Shown here piece after piece: positions 1 to 12,230 of a stretch of DNA of 64,000 nucleotides (positions are counted from its first letter, which is position 1; each line of letters opens with the position of its first letter). The notes beneath the pieces are model-generated. The model ran no database searches. It was not told the DNA's origin and saw nothing but the letters and a program-made list of their open reading frames with translations. This DNA comes from Lama guanicoe. Its lineage: Eukaryota. Location of the stretch: contig MU057357.1 of the NCBI GenBank assembly GCA_013239625.1, positions 4,806,045-4,870,044 on the forward strand, given 5' to 3'. Made by a program: the position numbers and the translations under genes.

Positions 1-1050
1 CAGCAGTTTAGTGATAACCCAGCCAGAGAGAAACCATCTTAGTTAATCGGTGCCCTCCAAGGGCAGCCAGGCAGTTCTTTCCTGAGGAATCTGTCGATTA
101 TCAGAATCTGACCCAGAACATTTCTGAGGGAAAGTTCATTTTCTAACTTTATGATTTTTCCTCCCTCTTGCTTTTTTCGAACTGCCTCGCTTTTCTATTT
201 CATTTCCCCGTCCTGAATATCAGCGGTGAAAGAGCCCCTTCTTTATGGAGTGGATGCTAAAGTGCTCCGTTAGGCAATGTATTTATTACCTGGAGTGAAA
301 TGATTTTTCACAGGCAGGCAACTTTCCTAGCTTCCTCACTGCCTCTATATTTAGGAAAGTCACTCCTTGCTTTCTGCTGGACAGTGGCTCTGTGTCAACC
401 AGTGAAGAGAGAGAGAAGAGAAAGTATGTGTGTGCACGTGCACACACATGCACAAGTGTGGGGGGAGGGGAGCCCTAATATAGCTAATGAGCACATTTCC
501 GGTTTTCATTTTGTTCAGATGTTCAGTGGCTTCCATTGGTCTGCTGCATGCAGCCCTGTTCATGCAGTTTGGTATTACTAACTTTGGGGTTGCCGTTGAT
601 GGAGAACATGTGTATCCCCTGTATCTTTCATTCGTGTTTATGCCTGAGACCCAATCTGGAATAGCTTTCGGGTGGGGGTGGAAGGAAAAGGAGAGAGAGA
701 GAAACAGAGGGGAGAGAGAGTGTGTGTTATCATCTCCAGGCTCCCTAACGGAGGTGCCGGGCTGCCAGATGGCCACCTCCAAGAGGTGCTCTCTGCTGGA
801 GAAGCTTCAGCAAGATTTCCCTGTGTGACTGGTTTGCGTCCCTTGCCTCCAGTATACCTGTCAGATGGGGTCAAGCAGGTTTGAAGCTAGCCCTATTCTG
901 TTTTCAGCGACAATTTTACTCTTTCTTTATTGTCCTCTGAGTTAGGGTTTGGCAGATGTGTGGGTATGTGTGTGTTGGGGAAGAGCAGGAGGACGACCCA
1001 ACAGTGCTTGTTCCTCGGTGACTGTAAAATATATATTCACAACTTGAAGA

Positions 1051-1137
1051 GGGTGGGGGTATAGCTCAGTGGTAGAGCACCTGCCTAGCATGCACGAGGT
1101 CCTGGGTTCAATCCCCAGTACCACCGTTAAAAAATAA
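1051..1137 (+). mobile_element. tRNA-derived SINE (camelid Vic-1-like)
   Basis: A box TAGCTCAGTGG, B box GGTTCAATCCC, A-rich tail. Confidence 0.9.
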
Positions 1138-1149
1138 TACTATATAAAA

Positions 1150-1362
1150 AGTAGGATGCTGGTTTCCAGGGGCCCGGGAAAGGGGAAATGGAAAGTTATT
1201 GTTTAATGTGTACAGAGTTTCAGTTGGGAAGATGAGAAGGTTCTGGAGACGGACCACAGCAATGGTTTGCACAACAATGTGAATCTGTTTAACGCCACTG
1301 AACTGTACACTTTAAAGATGGTTAAAATGGTAAACTTTATGTTCTATATATTTTACAATAAA
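1150..1362 (+). mobile_element. Old LINE-1 3' end (L1MB-like)
   Basis: tacagagtttcagt...gcacaacaatgtgaat...ccactgaactgtacact...ggttaaaatggtaaactttatgtt. Confidence 0.85.
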
Positions 1363-2367
1363 GCGATCACAACAAAATAATAGTAATAAATAAATACATA
1401 GATTTCTTTAAATACATATTCACAGTTTGCAAACAAATTAGACTCTATGTTCAATTTAGGAAGACCCTCTAATCTCTGGTTCTGCCAACCGGCTTTGACA
1501 GGTAAGATGACAGATTTCATGAATGCTCCCTCTTCTCCCCAGAGACAGCACATCTGTACCATTGTCAGTCACAGCAGAGCTGGATAACAGCTGGCTGGAG
1601 GTGTGACCACCACAGCGGAGAAGCAGCTGGGTTTTATAAATCTCAGATAACACTTCTCCTCCCCACCCCTGAGAATACACCCAGCGGAGGAGGGCTTTTG
1701 TGTCTTTCTCAGTGGAAAGAGGAAGGTTTGCTACTCAGCAAGCAAAAGCAATATTTCAGCTCTTATAAAACAATTGCAAAATGCCATCTATATCCAGAGA
1801 GACCATCGTGGCTTTATTTGTGTTCTTTGTTATTTGCCTGGTTGTGTTCAAACTGGAAATTCTTACTGTAATTAAGCAATACTTTTATTTATTTGGGAAG
1901 TATGTAAGTTGTTGGCCTTTTGGCATTCTCTGCAGTATCCTTGGAAGACTTGCAAAGTCTCTTGCTTGTATAAAGTTGAAGACCGGCAAGAGGACACTCA
2001 TAATACCTTGGAGGTTGGATGAGATGCAGTTTCTCTGAGCTTAAAGGGAGATTGTCCCAAGGCTCTCATGGCTAGCAAAAACTAAACAAGCAGAGGGCAT
2101 TCTCTATGCCTCCAGCTTTTCTAAGGAATGGCTCCAGGTGCCGTAATACTGCACGTGGACTTACCAGGCCTTGACTTCAGAGATTGTCTTTCTAAGACAA
2201 ACCATATACAGAAAAAAAAAAAAAAAAAAGGAGAGGACCATAAAATGGTGTGCTTTTGTACCAGGCGAAAGGAAAATGGGGATCTGGAAGAAGACAAGAC
2301 AATTCTTCACAGTTTTCTGAAATAAGATGACATCACTGATTGACACCACCAATTTTTTTCCCCCTAA

Positions 2368-2535
<168 letters not shown>

Positions 2536-3517
2536 TAAGCAAAGTTCTTTTCCTTTTTTTCCTCCCTGCCTCCTTCCCTCCCTTCTTCTTTCCTTTCTTT
2601 TTCTCTTTAGTTTTTTGCTAGTTATAAATCCTGGAATACCACTGAAGCTCAAAAACCAAATGCATTTTCCTTCCCAATCAAATCCAATTAGGAATTTTAT
2701 GTATTAAGTTGCTGATTTTAAAAAAAATAGGAAAAAAAAGTGCACTATGTTTCTACATAGCTAATTCTTTTCCTTCTAGTAATGAAAACCATGACAGCTA
2801 AGCAGGTCTAATCTCTAAACCTTCTATCAGAGAATGACTCATAAAAGTTGAAATAATGATCTGTTTAAGTAGATCACTGCTATTCAGAATCAAGGTGTGG
2901 ATTTTGATGACTTTTAATAGAAAATCAGGGAAAGAAAATTGCATTCTTCATCCTCTTAAAGTTATAGAAAGACATTATTTTTACAAATAACTTGTCTCTT
3001 AAAGGACAGAATTCTGAAGAGAGCTATTTGCATTCAAGATTGTCTAGAAAATGAACAATTGTCTTTTTCTTTTTAAAGATAATCACTTATTGGCTTCCTT
3101 ATTAAAAGCAGAAAAGGGACAGTTTTTTTTTTCCATTGAAACCAGATTATAACTTTTTTGACATTTTCTAGACAGAAAATAGAAGAAGAAAAGGGGCCTT
3201 CTTATAGTAGTTATTTCTTTTAAATTGCTGGGTGTGGAGTGAAGAAAGCCACCAATCATCATCTAAAGGTCTTTTCAAAAAAGATTATGGGTGAAGATCT
3301 GGATGTGGTCCGTATCAGCAATCATTCCTGAGCGCCACACTTCTATCACCATCTGAGCAGTAACGATAGTACTTCTAACACTGAAGTGAATATAGGATTT
3401 AGAGTTTATCCGTCTCCCTTCACTTCAGCCTCTGAGTGGACTCCTTTAATATTGTACCTGGAGTAAGTTCCGGATTGATTTTGCCCCATTCCTTAAGTTT
3501 ATCCTCTCCTATTGTAG

Positions 3518-3688
<171 letters not shown>

Positions 3689-4747
3689 TAGGGTTTTTTT
3701 TTTTGCAATCAGAGCAAATGCCGTCACAGTAAAACCCGAGAAGCTGTAAATATTTTGTTGCAGTGGACATTGAAATTAGATAGCCAATGTCTGTAACTTA
3801 GAACTTTTCACGCTATTTAGAGAACTTTTCATAATTGTATCTGATTTGTCTTTTTACATGATTGAAAAGTGTCTGCTTTTCTCTTGTTTTGAGCCTTCTG
3901 CAAACCATGGAAAATGGGATTGCCGGACTGAGTACCTGAGAGTTGCATAGCTATGTTACATTAAGCTAGGACATTCTCTCCCTGGGAGGAGTAAAGAAGG
4001 CACCATTTTTTCCCCCTCTCTTATTTACTTCTAGGAATCTGTTTAAATCAAGTCAGATCAGTTTTTTTTTTTAAGCCCCTCTAGACAACTGTATCAATCT
4101 TTCCGCATTGTGAGTTGAATCAACTGGATGATTGGATCACAAATGATCACAGAGGGCATAGCTATGAATAAGCATTTTGCATAAGATATCTTCCCTTCAT
4201 CATTAACAAACCAAAATGAAATCTACTTGATAAGGAGACGGTGGAGCAGAACTTACTACATCAGTTCTAGAAAATAGTTTTGTTCACAAGTCATTAAATA
4301 AGGATGAATTTTAAAAAGAGAAAGTCTAGAATTAAATCTGAAGAAGTTTGACATCCTTTGAGATTATCCTGGAAGGTTTCAAGGAGGAAGTGGCTTTTGA
4401 GCTGAGCAATAATAGGCAGGGTTTTTTTTTTTTCAATAGATGGAGGGGGGTTGGTAGGGGGTGACTTTCAAAACTGCTTGTTCATTTTGAAATTCCCAAG
4501 TGTCTTTCTCTCTAAAGAATTCATCAGATCCTTAAGTAAGAGTCTGGGTTGAGAGTAGAAAGGAAAAGAAGAGAATGTTTACCACAGGATTACGTAAGAG
4601 TCTTCTGGTGGAAGTTCTTCCTCCAATTATGAAAAGAATGTCTTTGTCTCATTAAGGCGGTCTTAGAAAATGCTGTCGCGGGAATGCTTAACGAAAAGCA
4701 AGATGGGCTGTGAGCATTTTAAATGGCCTCAGAGTTGAAACTTGTGA

Positions 4748-4924
<177 letters not shown>

Positions 4925-5330
4925 TAAGCACGGCAGCCTCTCGCTGCCCCTGCCCCCTTCCCAGTTTTTATGAGGGAGCTTTTGGTCTCCTCCACACAAA
5001 GCTGAGGCTTTTGATTAGCATCATAAACACGGCATTTGCATCACAAGCTCCCTCCTCCTTGCTTTGATCTCCCACACCCCTCCTAGCACTGCTGGGGACC
5101 CTGGTGGCAGCCCTCACAGCTGAGAGTCCTGGAAAGACCCAACTAATTCCAGGAAACTAAGCCAAAAAGCAGACCAATGGGAGCTTTCTAGATACTCTAG
5201 GCTGTGAGGTGTTACCTTTATATCTCTCTTAAGCTTGGACTTACTGCCGAAGGCCAAAAAAAAAAAAAAAAAAACATGTGAAACCTGGACCTCAGATCTG
5301 AGCTCTGCCATCTGTCAGCTGTATTTCTCT

Positions 5331-5416
5331 TTTTTTAAATGAGGGTACTGGGAATTGAACTCAGGACCTCATGCATGCTAAGCATGCGCAATGCCACCGA
5401 GCTATACCTCCACCCC
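5331..5416 (-). mobile_element. tRNA-derived SINE (Vic-1-like)
   Basis: Reverse complement of the same family (gggaattgaactcaggacc...gagctatacc). Confidence 0.88.
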
Positions 5417-6049
5417 CTCCCATCAGGCTCTATTACGTCACCTCTTTGAGTCTTTTTTTCCTTTTTATAAAACAGCTATAATGAAATATCTGCCTCTAAG
5501 ACTTACTGCAGGAGCATTTTGATAGGCAAAATAATCTGGCACCCTGTAGGTACTTCAGCATGGTATTGGCTAATGAAAATGGTAAGCAGAGCAAGGAAGT
5601 GGGCACTACTGCGCGCTGTCTTTGGTGAGGAAGAGCCATCACTGTTTCCAGAAAACAGCCTTTGAGCACTTTGTGGGCGTGGCGCTGTTCTTGGAAATGG
5701 ATCTGAAACAGCAGATGACTGATTCTGTGAGCGTTTATAATCGAACTTGATACTTGAAAAACAACGTAGGAAAGAGAAAAATAGAAATAGCCTTGCAGCA
5801 TATTCTTGTGATGGCGTTTTTCTTACCGTGGTTGTCTCCATCTGCTCTTAACACTGCCTGGAGCCTCCAGAGGCAGCGGCGGGGGGCGGGGTGGCAGCTG
5901 CCCCTCTTCACGGTCTGCCCACATCCACGCCTTCTTTGTCTAATGAGTGAGAATCTTCCCCTTCTCCGACTTCCCCCCACCCACCGTAAACTGTTTTGCA
6001 AGGTGGGGTTAAAGAAAGCAAGCAGAATCTGGGGATATCAAAACGATCC

Positions 6050-6170
6050 TTTTAGGGACGGGGTGGTGATTAGGTTTATTTATTTATTTATTTAATGGAA
6101 GTACTGGGGATTGAACCCAGGACCTCGTACATGCTAAACACACACCCTAGCACTGAGCTATACCTTCCCC
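6050..6170 (-). mobile_element. tRNA-derived SINE (Vic-1-like)
   Basis: (TTTA)n tail, then ggggattgaacccaggacc...ctgagctatacc. Confidence 0.9.
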
Positions 6171-6222
6171 TTCATAACCCTCTTAAATATAAATCTTTTC
6201 ATGTTATAGAAGAGGAAATTGT

Positions 6223-6380
6223 GGGGTGGAGGGTATAGCTCAGTGCTAGAGCACATGCTTAGCATGCACAAGGTCCTGGGTTCAATCCCCAGTATTTCCA
6301 TTAAATAAATAATATAATATAATATAATATTGTATACCTAATTACTTCCCCCAATCCTGCAAAAATAAATTAAAAAAGGA
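6223..6380 (+). mobile_element. tRNA-derived SINE (Vic-1-like) inserted into a MIR remnant
   Basis: A/B boxes and AT-rich tail; flanks gaggaaattg and ctcagaaagg..tacttgtccagggcca resemble the MIR core. Confidence 0.9.
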
Positions 6381-6611
6381 AAAGAAAAGGCAGTTGATAC
6401 TCAGAAAGGTGTAGTACTTGTCCAGGGCCATTGTATTGCGTTAGTGGACTGACAGCCAGGCGTAGCTCTCGGGCCACTGTCTGTTGCGTTATCTCTCTCT
6501 CTCTGCCTCTCCTGTTGGTGATTTCACTCATGTCGCAACATTGCCTCTGGCTATGTCCACTGGCCTGGGCAAATTACTATGATTTTCTCCTACTTTGTGG
6601 TACATTATAAT

Positions 6612-6738
6612 TAGGGTGATGACCATAGAGCTCGATTTGCCTGGATGGTTTCAATTGTCACACGTATTTATTAATATCATATCTCTAATCTCACTCTCGG
6701 GAATGTCCTGGTGTGTGGAGATCAGTCATGGTCCCCCC
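6612..6738. mobile_element. hAT-Blackjack MITE (MER94-like)
   Basis: Degenerate inverted termini tagggtga..ccat / atggtcccccc; internal tcactctc..tgtcctggt. Confidence 0.6.
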
Positions 6739-9700
6739 GGCACAGCACGGAACCGTTCCTCATTGCGTGTGGGCTCCTACAAGTGTCATCCTGTCAGTGC
6801 TTTTTGGTCCTGAGTCTGTTTGATTAGAGCAGGGAATTCCATCTTGAAGAAGTTAAATCCACCACAAACACTCATCCCTGTTGCTCCGATGCACATAAAC
6901 AAACGTACGTCTAGACACGCCCACTGCACCCTGTGTAACAGTATACCTCAAGCTTTGGAAACTTCAGCTTGGCCTGAGCAAAGTCTAAATTCCCAGAATT
7001 CTTTCCTTCCCTGGCTTTTGATTTTGGAAGTCGATCAAGACGGACCTCTTGTCCCCTGCCGTTTGACTCTGTGTGTGTCCACATGCCAGACTCAGAAACA
7101 CATGGGAACTACATGCATCAGTATATAGCCATCTGATAGTGGGGAGGGTGGAGCACGGTGAGGAGTGTATAGAAATCACACGGGTTTATGCTTCTGTTAT
7201 TACACAGTTCTGCATTTGAACTTTTTACAGTGTATGAGAACAACTTCTGGCATCGGAAAATAAAGATGTTTAAAAGTCCAAAAATAGGAAAAAATATTAA
7301 TTACCTTCATCTCCAAAAAAATATTTGACTAAAATCCAGTACCACATGATGTTCGGAACCATTTTGGGAGAACCCTTGTTTACAGAAAATGGGTCTCATC
7401 TTGAGTGGCCACCAAGATACTGGTTGGAAGCATCCCCTGGTTGTAGTCTGGCTTTCCTTTAGATTTACTTTGTTGCATTTTAAGTTGCCCTAAATACAGC
7501 AGTCGGACAGGAGTAATTAGAAACAAGTCACCTTGTATAAGTTTTTTTCAGGTATTCTGCTGTGACTGAAAAAAAAGAAAAAGAAAAAGGAAAAGCACTT
7601 GAAAATGTAATGCAGGAAGACAAGTTTTTTAAAAGCTGTAGCTATAGAAAATAGCATTGCAAGCTTGATGACTTAATTTCCTTTCTGCTTTTATTGATCA
7701 CTTTATTATTTAAGGCTGATTGATTGGATTTCCAATTATGAATCCCCACCTTAGAGAATTGAGCCTGTCAGGTTACCCAGCGATGATTCCTGTCCCTTCT
7801 CCCCCATTTAAATAAAAAAAAAAAAAAAGAATGTCACTTCCCAGGGCTGATAAACACTGCTTGGTGATTGGTCCTCAATGGATCACTTTTTAGAAAATGA
7901 AATGTCAACCCCTTGGCCTCCTATCGATTCTTCTTTAGTGTCGGACATAAAGCTGTCACGGAAAGGCTGCCTGGAGCCAGGTAGCTGACAGGCTTTGCAG
8001 CCGCCCCTGCACACTCAGCTGATTTCTTCGCGTACCGGCTGTGCGCTCTGTCAGGAGGGACTGCTCATGTTTAAATGGGATGAGAATGGACGAGGAGAGA
8101 GGAGACAGGCAGGGCCGACAAAAGTCCGGTCCGTGCTTTTAGTGAGAGTACAAATGAACGATGCTAAATGGTACTCCCCAAATCTTCTTGCCACGCCGCA
8201 GCCAGCCATATGGGAAAGCAACAGATGAAACACCCTAGCCTGGAAAATGATGGGGCTGCTTCTTGCTTCTCAGAGCCGTGGAGAGTTGACAACAGAATGG
8301 ATGCTCGAGACAGACCCCTTACGGGGTGACTTCCCACATTGCTGATGACAAGTGAGATTTTTTTTTTAAGAGGTAGATGAGCAAAGACCCACTCAGAGAG
8401 AAGAGTTTCAGTCCTTCCAATCACCTCAAAAAAAAAAAATCTGTTTGGTGCTAATTTTTCATTTAAGCAAGAGGAAATGACCTCAGGCACACAACTAATA
8501 TCTTGCTAGATTTTTTTTTAATAGAAATTGTTTCCTTGATTTCATTATATTGACTTTATACTGAGAAGCCTGAGCTTGAAGCCAACCAGAGTAATCTCTT
8601 AACTTTCCCAATTTTCTTTTGCCCAACTGAGAAGTATAAACATATGGGGGGGTCTCAGTGAAAGAATCAAACTCCTAAGTTTATAAATTTTATTTACACA
8701 TTTAAAATGATATAATAGACAGAATACAATGAGTTAGATACAGTGTATGTTTTTACCACCCCATTATGTTGAGCAGACTAACTTACATTTTTTTAGAGGC
8801 ATCTTTGATCAATGTCTTCCTCGTCCCTTGTCACTTAAATTATAATTTAAGGATTCTGTTAGCTTTTCAGAGCACATAATTGTACCTGCTATCTGGGTTG
8901 TTTAAGGTGCCGCTCTTCCTGTAATTACGTGATGCTGTCCCTAGGAATCATATCCTAAACCACAGATGCGCACTGTCTTGGCAACGTGGCATCATTTCCT
9001 CATACTCCTGTAGGTATCCATTTGTGATCTCCACAGTGTAACCATGTTATTGCTTTTTAAAGTGATTTTTGGAAGGACTGTGAACAGTAACATTACAAAA
9101 TGCAATGATACGGTCATGCCCTTCAGGACTAATGATCGACTGGGTTTAATTCCTCTGACAACCCTCCCACTCCTCCTTTATACTAATGATTTTCATCAGT
9201 TTGTCTCCAGAAGCATCCTGAACAGTGTGAATTCGGGTTGCTTTAGGCTGGTGTGTCTTCTCCAAGTAGCATTTCACTGTTTAATATGAGAAACATGTTT
9301 AAGAAAGAACTAGAATACAAGACGAGTCCCTCAGTTCTAAAGGATAGTTTGTGATCAGAGACAAGTATTGTCTGATAACCAGCCATGGTGGCTTTTCTAC
9401 TGACCTTCTGTTGATTACTGGTGCTGCTGGGTTGCCTTTTATGTTAGGGTTATAAAGTACCCCCCTTTCATCAGAATCAAAGAGAAAAAGGGAATTGATT
9501 TTAAGAAAAAAAAATGAAGCGGCTATGGCAGAATTTGTGGAGGAGGTGCCCAGATGGCTCAGATTTGGGGAACTCTTGGCATCTTGTATGTTAGGAACTT
9601 GAAACCTGGAGACAAGGGTAGGCAGTTAACTACACCAAGGTCACACAGCTAGTTGCCTGATCAGGACAGGAGTCCACCTCTCCTGATTTCCAATATTGGC

Positions 9701-11356
9701 ATTCATAGATTCTCTTAATGTCTTTTGAACTGAAAAAAATGACTTACCTCAAAAGTTCACATCGACAGTTGAAGCACACCAGAATTCTCCCCGTCTCCCC
9801 CGTGATGTTGGTACCATTCGCAGACTGTGATTTAACGTGCAAGCTAACACGCGCCATAAAGTCAGACTTTGCAAGTTGGTTTTGTCTTCTTCTGAAGGTT
9901 AAGATTTCCCACTTTGGAGCGGGAACTGTTCCCATCATGCTAAAACGGTTACCATTCAGTCTATATCTGTCTTCCCCTGGTGTCCTAATTGGAATATTAT
10001 GATCACATAAGAATGAATACACTTAAATGTTAGCCTAAATTGGCTCTGACGAAGTCATGTAAATTCATACAATTAGAGGGCAGATGGTTCTGCGGGAACA
10101 TTTCTAAACAACTTGTGTGCAAATCGAGCGGTTCAGTTCCAACCATTTCAGAATGTAGCCCAGGAAGAGCGTTGAACCATCATTTGGTGCAAGAACAATG
10201 ACAGCTTAAGGAAGGGGAAGAAGAAGGATGGCTTCGATGAATCTTCACGGGTGATGCCATTAAACACTGGAAAGGGTCCTCCTGGAGCCGTGCTAGTTAT
10301 TACATTGCTTTATCTTCTTTAATCTGCAGTTGAGCTGAATAAATTACTTACCTTTGGCTAATTAGTTTTGGAACAGTGAACCGCATCAATCAAATCCATC
10401 CACTTGATCAGGGAAGTCAGTATTTTAATGCAAGTGGGGTTCATGCTGGGTCCCTGCGATGTTTGCCTCCACTATTTTGTTTGTCTTACCCAATAGTCAA
10501 GGTACCAGGAACAACACATAGTTTGGAAGGCAGCACTGGGGGACCCCTGCTGCTCCTCGGCATTGTTTGTTAATACCTTCAGCCCCTCCCTTTGGCGGAG
10601 GGCCGGCTTAGCCGAGAAATTTGCAAAGTTTCATTTGAAGAGGAGGCTTTTTGCTTTAACGCCTGCAATGGAAAGTTTCCGTGTTTCCTTCTGGAGGAAT
10701 TCACTCAGCAACCACTCCCCTCCTTCCCTTTATTAATCAGCTTGCCCACGTCTCAGTAATTAGAAAACCTTCCACAAAGGTTTTGTTCTGCCATTCAGGT
10801 GATCTGCCTGGGATGTCAGTTTCGGCTGCATGGTTTCCTCCGGGCTGGCCGGCCGGGTAATCAGCCTCAGTGGGCTTTCTTTCTCAGGACAATAACGGAC
10901 ACATTGTCCCACCCTGAGCCAAAGGAGAAAGGGTCATCAGGTGACAAAGGTAGAGCGGGACTCAGGCTTTTTAGTTTTCAAGGTATTATTAAGTAGCTAA
11001 TAGGCTACAATTAGCCTTTGAACAATAATCCTTGTGTTTTTTTAATCTGCATTTCCTGTTCCCTACTAGGCTCTTCTCCTCCAAGTAACACTCCGGGGAA
11101 AGAAATTTCTTTAAAAATACACCTTCTTCTCTAATTGACTTCCTCCTTCTATGTTTAGAAGTCAGAGGAAGGGATGGGCGTGTCAGCCTTATAATTAATG
11201 ATCTCTGCCATTTTGCGTTTCCTCTGGCTTTGCCCATGTTTAATGAGTGTGTTGTTGTAAAAAGGGTTAACGGCTCTCCTAGGCCCCTTGGGGCTGCTTC
11301 TGACTTCTGGTATCTGCCAGGGATTTTGACGAGCTTACTGACAATTTCAAGTTGGG

Positions 11357-11530
11357 GCAAAATACAAACTACTGTATACAGAAAAGATAAACAACAAGGG
11401 CCTACGGGATGGCACAGGGAACTATATTCAATAGATTGTAATAACCTATAATGAAAAAGAATGTATATGTCTAACAGAATCACTGTGCTGTACACCAGAA
11501 ACTAACAACATTATAAACCCACTATACTTC
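11357..11530 (+). mobile_element. Cetartiodactyl LINE-1 3'UTR fragment followed by (GGAA)n
   Basis: ataaacaacaagg..gcacagggaactatattcaa..tgctgtacaccagaaactaac; clearly homologous to 40990-41160. Confidence 0.85.
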
Positions 11531-12019
11531 GAGGAAGGAAGGAAGGAAGGAAGAAAAGTTGGTACAAAAACTTCTCTGCTCTGTGCATTTTTTTCCCTTT
11601 AAAGGAAAGACATTCAAATCAGTATTCGAGATCTAAAGCGGTTTAAAAGATATACTTGTAATTTTAGATCATGCTTTTAGGAATTCTGATAAGATATAAT
11701 CTCTCAAGCTGGCAGGACCCTATCACACCCTTGGGACCTAGCCACGCGTTTCCCTGACACAAAATGCTGTTTTCACAGTGCCTGACCTAACTCTCTTATA
11801 TTTCCTTTAAAAGGGGAGGCGAGGGGGAGACATGGAGGGGACTACATCTTTCATACAAATGTTTGGTTTCAGGATGTTTAAACCTATTTAACTTCAATAA
11901 AGCAATGGGTTTTGAGTGCAAGTGGAATCCAATTTAAGTGTACTTACTGATATAAAATGTGATGTTACTTGTAATTAGCTCTCACTAGGTGTCATCATAT
12001 AGTTCATCTCCACCGTGAG

Positions 12020-12230
12020 AGGCATGTGAGGCAGAGAGCTGGACAAGACAGACACATGCCCCTGCTACTTGCTAAGAGGTGCATGGGTGAATCACTTAAC
12101 CCCCGCCCCCATGTCCTCATCTGTACAGTGGGACCAAGCATGTGTCTGTCTGCCTGATTGCTTTCATAGGGTTGTTGTCAAGATGCGATGAGATGATAGA
12201 TGCGACGGATCTAAAAAATTAAATGCAAAG
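12020..12230. mobile_element. MIR SINE remnant
   Basis: aatcacttaacc..tcctcatctgtacagtggg..atagggttgttgtcaagat. Confidence 0.65.

Noticed and set aside
300-884. Several overlapping 70-140 aa ORFs on both strands
   Set aside because: Intron 5 of EPHA4; low-complexity translations of (GA)/(TG) tracts; no recognisable domain.
1051-1126. tRNA-like sequence with A and B boxes (also at 5331, 6090, 6223, 28760, 32002)
   Set aside because: Six diverged copies with A-rich or simple-repeat tails and imperfect stems: SINEs, not tRNA genes.
5876-5895. Possible Krox20/EGR2 site (GCGGGGGGCG)
   Set aside because: One G too many for GCG(T/G)GGGCG, and the known Krox20-dependent EphA4 enhancer lies upstream of the gene, outside this window.
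10989-11495. 168-aa minus-strand ORF, the longest in the window
   Set aside because: Begins in the antisense of an L1 3'UTR fragment with a non-ATG start; no domain; chance ORF.
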